Source of the DNA: a virus
IMG/VR virus record: IMGVR_UViG_3300043411_001114
Span: 48,367-112,366 of that record
Reading direction: 5' to 3' (one strand)
DNA: 64,000 bases
Shown: positions 57,431 to 64,000 of the stretch, in pieces
Numbering within the stretch: the first letter of the stretch is position 1
Layout: each line of letters starts with the position of its first letter
The notes under the pieces: model-generated
The model's database searches: none
What the model was told of the DNA's origin: nothing
Seen by the model: the letters and a program-made list of their open reading frames with translations, nothing else
Program-made: the position numbers and the translations under genes

Positions 57431-57490
57431 CTATAGCTAGGCTACAATTAAGGGACACCGCCCACCCACCACCGAAAGGCCACCACCACC
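57431..57490 (+). promoter_or_regulatory. Repeat promoter plus ACC leader
   Basis: cTATAGCtagGCTACAATtaagggacaccgcccacccaccaccgAAAGG. Confidence 0.75.
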
Positions 57491-57649
57491 ATGACCAACC
57501 GGATGCTCGGAACCTGCGGCCAGCCGCCCTGCGGCAAGTGTTGCGGTTGGAAGACCAAGACCGACAACCAGGCCAACAAGCGCCGCTTCCGGCGCATCGA
57601 GCGCCGCGAGGCCGCCCGCATCGTTTTCGAGGAGGTCTGGGGGAAATGA
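57491..57649 (+). CDS. Small Cys/Arg-rich protein (52 aa)
   Basis: Directly follows the repeat leader; ATGA overlap with the next gene. Confidence 0.55.
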   Translation: MTNRMLGTCGQPPCGKCCGWKTKTDNQANKRRFRRIERREAARIVFEEVWGK

Positions 57650-57873
57650 AATACGCCGCCGCCGAACCGGGCTTCCCGGCCCGCCTGGAACTGAGTCGCC
57701 GGAACCTGCTTGCCCTTCTGGCGAAACTTGACGACCCGCTATCGCAGCGCACCCTGGGTAAGGAGAGCGACAGTGGCGACTTGATTTGTGTCGTCGCCGT
57801 AGAGGATGACGAGCACTACAGCGACCGGAGTCCGGGGATTGTCTACATGCCGACCAGCAAGGAGACTTACTGA
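57646..57873 (+). CDS. Hypothetical protein
   Basis: GGAGG RBS; LELSRRNLLALL.KLDD. Confidence 0.6.
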   Translation: MKYAAAEPGFPARLELSRRNLLALLAKLDDPLSQRTLGKESDSGDLICVVAVEDDEHYSDRSPGIVYMPTSKETY

Positions 57874-58121
57874 TGACGAACACCATTACCGACACCCGTC
57901 CCACCCTGACCAAGATGTTCTCCCGCAAGGGGATGGCCGGGCAGTTCTCGGTGCAGGTCACCGTCACCTACCCGGGCGAGGAGCCGCGCGTCGTGGAGTT
58001 CGTGGGCAGCGTCTACGGCGGCCCGGTTCTCATGGTGACCGACGCCGGACAGACCTGGGTCACCGACCCGGCTCGGTTCGGAAAGTTCGGCAAGGGCTGG
58101 GTTTCGAGGTTCTTCGCATGA
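57873..58121 (+). CDS. Hypothetical protein
   Basis: AAGGAG RBS. Confidence 0.65.
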   Translation: MTNTITDTRPTLTKMFSRKGMAGQFSVQVTVTYPGEEPRVVEFVGSVYGGPVLMVTDAGQTWVTDPARFGKFGKGWVSRFFA

Positions 58122-58300
58122 CCATCACCCCCAAGGCCCGTCGGGCCATGCACACCGACTTCCTGCTGACCGCCGCCCACACCCTGCGCCACTACGGTCG
58201 CCCCGAACTTGGGGACGAACTGGCCGACCTGGCGGCCAAGATCAGGGACGGCTCGGTCGGGCCGGTGTCTGTCGTGTCAGACAATGAACTGTCGACTTGA
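58118..58300 (+). CDS. Hypothetical protein
   Basis: ATGA overlap. Confidence 0.5.
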   Translation: MTITPKARRAMHTDFLLTAAHTLRHYGRPELGDELADLAAKIRDGSVGPVSVVSDNELST

Positions 58301-58361
58301 TGTGTTATAATTTCTGTTCGATCAGGCTGAATTTTCCACTCCTCAAGAAAGCAGAAATGGT

Positions 58362-58931
58362 TTGAAGATCGGCTCATTATTCACTGGTGCGGGAGGGCTG
58401 GATATGGCCGTCTCTGCCGCCTTCGGCGGAAATGTCGTCTGGCACTGTGAGGTGGAAAAAAGCGTCAATAAGTTGCTGGAGCACCGCTTCCCTGAAGTCC
58501 CTAATCTGGGAGACGTCAGTCAGGTCGACTGGAACTCAGTCGAGAGGGTGGATGTCCTTTGTGGGGGATTCCCCTGCCAAGATGTTTCCAGCGCGGGGAA
58601 AAGAGCGGGAATAGTTCCGGGAACCCGTTCTGGTCTGTGGACAATGTTCGCCAGCGCTATTGAGGTCATCCGGCCCCGTCATGTCATCATCGAAAATGTG
58701 AGAGGAATCTTGAGTGCTAAAGCCCATCGCAGTGTGGAATCCGGAGAAGGAGATTTGGGAGAAGGAGAATCCCTCATCCTCAAAGCAATGGGTGCTGTTC
58801 TCGGCGACCTTTCCGACCTCGGGTATGATGCGCGGTGGAAAACTGTTTCCGCTGCCTCAGTCGGTGCCCCCCACCGCAGAGACCGAGTCTTCATCCACGC
58901 CTATCCCCGAAGAGTGTTTTCACACACCTGA
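58362..58931 (+). CDS. DNA (cytosine-5) methyltransferase, N-terminal catalytic part (motifs I-VIII)
   Basis: SLFTGAGG, GDV, GGFPCQD, IENV and PHRRDRVF. Confidence 0.9.
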   Translation: MKIGSLFTGAGGLDMAVSAAFGGNVVWHCEVEKSVNKLLEHRFPEVPNLGDVSQVDWNSVERVDVLCGGFPCQDVSSAGKRAGIVPGTRSGLWTMFASAIEVIRPRHVIIENVRGILSAKAHRSVESGEGDLGEGESLILKAMGAVLGDLSDLGYDARWKTVSAASVGAPHRRDRVFIHAYPRRVFSHT

Positions 58932-59289
58932 CACCGCTCCTGACGCACCGAACAAAGGATCGAATACCAGGAGCAAGCCTGCCGGACTGGGCAACCGGGT
59001 CAAGGAACTGGGTGAATCGTTGATGCTCACCCCGAACGCCAGTGACTACCAAGGTCAGCCTGGTCGGCCTTCCCGAGACAGACATCAGTCGTCAGTCGGC
59101 GATCAGGTCGTGGCACCGCTGCGCACACCTCAGGCGGCGGTGACCGAACCGAAGCGCGGCATTAAGTTGGAAGGCCGCACCCCCTCCGATCCCCAGGTCG
59201 GTTTGGCTGATCAGGTGGCGGTTCTTGGCGAGCAAGCAAGAGAGCCATTGTGCAGTTGCTCTTGTGCTCGTCACGGGGTGGAGAATTGA
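58714..59289 (+). CDS. Methyltransferase-associated ORF overlapping the catalytic gene in another frame
   Basis: GAGAGGA RBS before the GTG; W...W...FS.TFP.SGMMR.G followed by hTP repeats like those of the next ORF. Confidence 0.55.
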   Translation: MLKPIAVWNPEKEIWEKENPSSSKQWVLFSATFPTSGMMRGGKLFPLPQSVPPTAETESSSTPIPEECFHTPDTAPDAPNKGSNTRSKPAGLGNRVKELGESLMLTPNASDYQGQPGRPSRDRHQSSVGDQVVAPLRTPQAAVTEPKRGIKLEGRTPSDPQVGLADQVAVLGEQAREPLCSCSCARHGVEN

Positions 59290-60614
59290 AGGTGAAGTTG
59301 CTCCCCACGCCTCGTGTCAGTGACAGTAAGGGTGTGGACAACGAAACCGAATGGGCACGCCATTCGCCCGGCCTGGCCGCCATGTCGTTCCACCTCCGCA
59401 GCGATGACGATCAGGCCGGACGCGACGACGAGAAGCTGTTCTCCACCCCGCAGGCACGCGACTGGAAGGGTGTGCCCGGCGACACCTACAACTCGCACAA
59501 CCTGGCCCGCGATATCAGCAGGCTGGTGGCTGAGGAGCCGGATGTCCTGCTGCTGCCCGCGCCTCGTGCCATACGCGGCGGGTCAGCCACCGAGACTCTC
59601 AATCTTCTCCAGCCAATCCCGGAGCAGACCGAGAAGCTGCCGATGCTCCCCACGCCTCGTGCCATACGCGGCGGGTCAGCCACCGAGACTCTCAATCTTC
59701 TCCAGCCAATCCCGGAGCAGACCGAGAAGCTGCCGATGCTCCCCACCCCGACCGCCGAGGAGGCCCTGACCCTCTTCCCTACCCCAGGCGCGTCTGACGG
59801 CAACGGCGGCAAGTCACCGAAGGACCTGAGTGCGACGACCAGGGCATCCGGCGCGAAGCGCCAGGTCTGCCTGCCCGAGGCGGTCAAGCTGCTGCCCACC
59901 CCACAGTCGCGTGACGCTACCGGCGGGAAACCTGCCGCTGTGGAGCGTGGCCGGGGCTACGGTGCGAACATGAATGATGTGGCGGCAGCCGGTCTGTTCG
60001 ACCAGGGCGGCGACGATCCACTGCTCCCCACCCCGATGGCCAAAGAGATCGGACTCTCGCCTGAGCAGTTTGACTCGTGGGCTGACAGGCTCAAGGGCAA
60101 GGGTTACAACGGCAACGGTCGGGGTAAGTCACTGGCCGTAGAGGTGCAACGCTTTAAACTGACAGACGCTGTACTGGACAAAGACTTGGGAGAGAACGTG
60201 GACGATATCTTGCCGACCCCGAAGACGCATCAGCTCGGCGACTGCCCGTCCGAGCGGGAGCGCAACAGCCCTGACTTGGCGGCGGTGACCCACCACTTCC
60301 CCGTCGAGGAGCAGCCGCAGGCCATTCCGGTTTTGTGGGGGAAGTACGATCCTGCGGTTCGTCGCTGGGAAAAACTCACCCGTCCGGCTCCGATTCCGAC
60401 TGAACCTAACAAGAACGGTAACCCGAGGTTGGCGGCACCCTTTTCTGAATGGATGATGGGGTGGCCGGAAGGATGGGTGACAGACCCGGAGATCGGGTTG
60501 CCCAGGACCGCTCAGCTTAAAATCATCGGTAATGGCGTCTGCCCTCAGCAGGCGTATTCGGCAATCACCGAACTCCTGTCGATTCATGCCTCAGAGGAAA
60601 AGATGATCCAATGA
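59286..60614 (+). CDS. C5-methyltransferase C-terminal part: LPTP repeat array plus motifs IX/X
   Basis: About ten LLPTP-type repeats; PRL...FSEWMMGWPEGW and QLKIIGNGVCPQQA. Confidence 0.8.
   Translation: MKVKLLPTPRVSDSKGVDNETEWARHSPGLAAMSFHLRSDDDQAGRDDEKLFSTPQARDWKGVPGDTYNSHNLARDISRLVAEEPDVLLLPAPRAIRGGSATETLNLLQPIPEQTEKLPMLPTPRAIRGGSATETLNLLQPIPEQTEKLPMLPTPTAEEALTLFPTPGASDGNGGKSPKDLSATTRASGAKRQVCLPEAVKLLPTPQSRDATGGKPAAVERGRGYGANMNDVAAAGLFDQGGDDPLLPTPMAKEIGLSPEQFDSWADRLKGKGYNGNGRGKSLAVEVQRFKLTDAVLDKDLGENVDDILPTPKTHQLGDCPSERERNSPDLAAVTHHFPVEEQPQAIPVLWGKYDPAVRRWEKLTRPAPIPTEPNKNGNPRLAAPFSEWMMGWPEGWVTDPEIGLPRTAQLKIIGNGVCPQQAYSAITELLSIHASEEKMIQ
59561..59746 (+). repeat. Perfect 93-bp tandem duplication (31 aa)
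   Basis: 59561-59653 is identical to 59654-59746. Confidence 0.9.
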
Positions 60615-60913
60615 CTCAAGCCCGCGCCCGACGCACCGACCCCGTCACCTCACACCAGGCGGCGGCCAGCATCGACGGGGAGCGGATCAGGCTCAGCCAG
60701 CATGCGGTGCTGCGTCATTTTCGTCGCCACGGCCCGATGACCGACACCGAGCTGATCGAGGGCTACGACGGCAAGATTCCGCAGACCGACAGCGGTCTGC
60801 GCACCCGCCGTAGTGAGCTGGTGAAGAAGGGCCTGCTGGTCGACACCGGCCGCCGTGAACTGCTCGACACCGGCCGCTCCTCCAAGGTGTGGGGATTGCC
60901 ACCCAAGAAGTGA
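60611..60913 (+). CDS. Putative winged-HTH DNA-binding protein
   Basis: AR.TDP.TSH.AA, GPMTD.EL, RTRRSELV..GL. Confidence 0.7.
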   Translation: MTQARARRTDPVTSHQAAASIDGERIRLSQHAVLRHFRRHGPMTDTELIEGYDGKIPQTDSGLRTRRSELVKKGLLVDTGRRELLDTGRSSKVWGLPPKK

Positions 60914-61140
60914 CCTGCCCGACACCCCTGTTCCGCTTCAAATAGGGGTGAGGCCCGGACTCTGGACTGCCGTTCTTGCGGTGACGATCGTGACCGCTCT
61001 GGTCATGTATGTCATGTTCGGTGGAACCCTCATGCTGCCGCCCTGCATCGGCCCCTGCGGTTTGTGACCAAACCCCTCACTGTAAACCTTCGCCTCTTGA
61101 TTCTGAAGAGTTGAAGGCCACCAATGTGAGGGGTTAATCC

Positions 61141-62046
61141 ATGCCGGTATCGGCTACAGCGGCCCGCGTCAGCGCCGCAGTTCCCAACGCTTTGTCTCTC
61201 GACCAGAATGGGATCAATCAGGTCATCGCCGGTGCCAAGGCGGTGAACATCAACCACCTGACGATCACCGTGCCCTGGAACGCGGTACAGACCTCGTCGA
61301 CGTTCTGGAACTTCACCGCCACCGACCGGGCGGTCAACTCGGCCACCAACGCCGGTATGGGGGTCACGATCATCCTCGACGGACCCCGGCCCTCCTGGTC
61401 GAAGAATCCGCTCGATCCGGTCCAGTTCGCCAATTTCGCCACCAACATCGCCTCCCGGTACCGCAAGGTCACCGAGTTTCAGGTCTGGAACTATCCGAAC
61501 ATCTCCGACTACTGGCCACCGGCCCCCGACGGCCCGGAGTACACCGCCCTGCTCAAGGCCGTATATCCGGCCCTGAAGAAGGTCAATCCGTCCATCAAGG
61601 TGATCTTCGGCCTACTGCAGGCCGCCGTGCCCAGCAAGGCCCGCGCGGTGGTGAGTAAGGTCGGCCGAGGGTCGACCGTCCGGACTTCGGCCCCCACCGA
61701 ACTCTCGCCGGTCCAGTTCCTCACCGCCTGCTACACCGCCGGTGCGAAGTCGTACTTCGACATCATGGCCTACGCGCCGCTCTCGCTGAGTGTGGTGCAG
61801 TTGTCCACCCGGGCACCGGCCCCGTCGGGGAACTCGATCAAGCAGGCCGATGACCTCCGGGCTTTGATGTCCCAGCGCGGCGACTCGGCCAAGAAGGTCT
61901 ACTGGACCTTCGGCTACGACACCGACACCAATAAGTTCACCCAACTTCAGCAGTCCCTCTACCTCGACACCATGCGCTGGCTGGCCGAGACCCGCAAGGA
62001 CCACGTCACCGGCCTGAACATCTACACCTACCGCGACGAGAACTGA
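61141..62046 (+). CDS. Glycoside hydrolase clan A-like TIM barrel (catalytic Glu residues apparently absent)
   Basis: VPW..VQ, D..V..A...GM, P.W, QVWNYPN, Y..LLK..Y..LK..NP...VI and YFDI. Confidence 0.7.
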   Translation: MPVSATAARVSAAVPNALSLDQNGINQVIAGAKAVNINHLTITVPWNAVQTSSTFWNFTATDRAVNSATNAGMGVTIILDGPRPSWSKNPLDPVQFANFATNIASRYRKVTEFQVWNYPNISDYWPPAPDGPEYTALLKAVYPALKKVNPSIKVIFGLLQAAVPSKARAVVSKVGRGSTVRTSAPTELSPVQFLTACYTAGAKSYFDIMAYAPLSLSVVQLSTRAPAPSGNSIKQADDLRALMSQRGDSAKKVYWTFGYDTDTNKFTQLQQSLYLDTMRWLAETRKDHVTGLNIYTYRDEN

Positions 62047-62056
62047 GGATAACCGG

Positions 62057-63322
62057 ATGCCCAAGCACGGACTCACCACCAGCAGCAACTCCAACAAGAC
62101 CGCCCGGGCGACCGTCGCCCGGTGGAACGACAAGGTCAAGCGCCACACCCTTTACACGGTGTGCGGCACCAGCCAGGACGGCTGGGGGCTGATGACCCGG
62201 CCCACCGACTCGAATGGCCTCAACGCGCTGCTGGCCCTGGCCCGGACCCTGACCGGCAACAACTCGCTGCAGTTGAGCGACCTCCCGTCCACCGGCGAGT
62301 ACACCCCGGTGTGGGCCTCCTCGTTCGACACCGCCACCGCGCGCCAGGTGAACTCCAGCCTGTACAACTGGGTGCCGATCAGCTACCCGGCCGGTGGCCC
62401 GGGGGTCAACGGCGGACTGGAGAACAACTGGCAGCCGACCGGGTTGTCGATGGCGGCCTCGGTCAAGATGGGTGTCGATGAGTTGACCCGTCAGATCAAG
62501 GCGACCCCGGGTACCTTCGCCCTGATCGGCATGAGCCAGGGTTCGGTGGTGATCAGCCAGGTCCTTAAATCGCTGCTCCCCGGCGGCGCGCTGGCCAGCC
62601 GCTACAAAGACTGCATCGCAGGGGTCGCGTTCGGCAACCCGTGCCGGGCAATCGGGGCCTCCTTCCCGGGCGGCACCCCCGCCTTCGGTGGTGGCGTGTT
62701 GACCTTCCCCAACCCGGCCGAGCCGATCACTGGCGGCCTGAACGGGGTCAAGACCCCGAACTGGTGGTGGGAGATGTCGCTGACCGGAGACTTCTTCTCC
62801 TCGGCCCCGATGCACACCGCCGCCGGGCCGATCCTCACCCCGGCCGTCCAGGCCCTGTTCCGTTTCCCGGGCGGGATGGCGCTGGACGCCAACAGTCTGG
62901 TCGTGATCCTCGGCCTGCTCACCGGTGCCGGGGCCTCGCTGCCGTTGCTGCTGGCCTCCCTGGTGCGGACCGGTTTCTTCAACGCCTCCACGATCTCCAG
63001 CTTCATGGGCGGCGGCGAGGCGAAGGGTCTGCTCTCGATGCTGGCCCAGAAGCAGAAGCAGTCAGCCTCCTCCATCCTCTCGCAGTGGATTTACGACCAG
63101 ATCGGGGCGCTGAACCTCGGTGCCAGCCTGGCCACCGGTGCCCCGGTGATCACCCCGAGCAACACCTACCCGAACGCGAACCCGCACATCCGGTACGGGC
63201 TGGATAAGCCGCCGACCCTGCCGGTCTGGTCGGGCCTGACCGGCCTCAACGGAAACTCGACCTTCGTCGACGTCGCGGTCGCCTACCTCAATCGTCGGGC
63301 GGTCGAGGTCGCGCCCCGGTAA
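62057..63322 (+). CDS. Second cutinase/LysB-like alpha/beta hydrolase
   Basis: LYTVCGT, WVPISYPA, GMSQG, FGNPCR, GDFF and PHI.Y. Confidence 0.75.
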   Translation: MPKHGLTTSSNSNKTARATVARWNDKVKRHTLYTVCGTSQDGWGLMTRPTDSNGLNALLALARTLTGNNSLQLSDLPSTGEYTPVWASSFDTATARQVNSSLYNWVPISYPAGGPGVNGGLENNWQPTGLSMAASVKMGVDELTRQIKATPGTFALIGMSQGSVVISQVLKSLLPGGALASRYKDCIAGVAFGNPCRAIGASFPGGTPAFGGGVLTFPNPAEPITGGLNGVKTPNWWWEMSLTGDFFSSAPMHTAAGPILTPAVQALFRFPGGMALDANSLVVILGLLTGAGASLPLLLASLVRTGFFNASTISSFMGGGEAKGLLSMLAQKQKQSASSILSQWIYDQIGALNLGASLATGAPVITPSNTYPNANPHIRYGLDKPPTLPVWSGLTGLNGNSTFVDVAVAYLNRRAVEVAPR

Positions 63323-63340
63323 CTGAACAGCGTCACATCG

Positions 63341-63381
63341 ACAAAGACCCTGCCGACACACCGGTGGGGTCTTTGTTTTTC
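63341..63381 (+). terminator. Intrinsic terminator
   Basis: acaaagaccctgccg / cggtggggtctttgt stem followed by a T run. Confidence 0.75.
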
Positions 63382-63488
63382 TCTATAGTCGATCTATAAT
63401 CAGAGGTACCAAATCTTCCGACCGCCCCGGGTGCATCGTCCTCGGGGCGGACGGTTGTGAGGAGTATCACCTGCCAATTCGTGTCCGA

Positions 63489-63704
63489 ATGGTATCAATG
63501 ACTAACAGGAGGAAAATCTCGATGACTATGACCGAACGGCTGCGGCTGATGGCTTTCGGACTCTTCGGCTGGTCGGCGACCCTGTTCACCGCCTACGGTT
63601 CCTCCGATCCCCTCATCGTCCCGGCCTCGGCCGCGCAGGCCGGTCTGATGGCCGCCTGCTTCGGTGCCGCGCTCCTCCCGGGAAGGATGGCCCGGTTCTC
63701 GTGA
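63489..63704 (+). CDS. Small membrane protein (start uncertain)
   Basis: Two hydrophobic segments; AGGAGG at about 63507; downstream of CTATAG-N6-TATAAT (63395). Confidence 0.5.
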   Translation: MVSMTNRRKISMTMTERLRLMAFGLFGWSATLFTAYGSSDPLIVPASAAQAGLMAACFGAALLPGRMARFS

Positions 63705-64000
63705 CGGAATTTCTGGTGTGGATGATGGCAACCGGGGCCTTCCTGGTCGGCGCATTCTGGATCGTGAGCGGCAGATGGTGAGGGCCATCGGTTCGGCGGC
63801 GACGGTGATCACCGTCCTGGCCGGGTGGTTTCTCATGCTGCTCTGGATGGTGCTCTCGGTGTCCCAGATGGCCGTAGAGAGGACGGCGATCCCCGCCGTG
63901 TCCTGTCTCTCTGATTCCCAGGAGCCTGGCTGTGAGCCGCCGCTCTGACGTCTTCGGCAATCTGCACACCGCCACCGATCATCGGGGCTGGACGGTGCTG

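Noticed and set aside
51445-57490. CRISPR array or integron attC cassettes
   Set aside because: The repeats are degenerate promoter/leader motifs separated by whole genes of variable length. No cas operon or integron integrase is present.

Overview
A 64 kb segment of a large, GC-rich, apparently lytic actinobacteriophage. Its gene content and order resemble myovirus-type mycobacteriophages; this is inferred from the gene set, not from a database hit. Almost all genes are on the + strand. In order: end of the baseplate/tail module, including a baseplate-like gene with a LAGLIDADG intein; a metallophosphoesterase; a minus-strand Rha/antirepressor and an SNF2-like helicase carrying an Ala-start class 3-type intein; a replication/recombination block (DnaC-like loader, DnaB, primase, J-domain protein, SSB, split DnaE, RecA, resolvase-like and Cas4-like nucleases, sigma-like factor); glycosyltransferases; the lysis cassette (lysin A, holin, lysin B); the terminase large subunit; an array of small genes each behind a repeated promoter/operator plus ACC-repeat leader; a three-ORF cytosine methyltransferase; a GH-like gene and a second cutinase-like gene. 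The most unusual observations are: (1) dnaE is broken next to its catalytic motif by a free-standing endonuclease, and both halves carry intein(Hint)-like tails lacking all splicing residues, suggesting a non-covalent clasp; (2) an HNH element has invaded lysB and supplies a replacement 5' end; (3) a possible phage regulon combines a palindromic operator, ACC leaders, a complementary GGUGGUGGUG hairpin RNA and an Sm/Hfq-like protein; (4) there are structured-RNA candidates and apparent pseudoenzymes. No tRNA, rRNA, CRISPR array or integrase was recognised.
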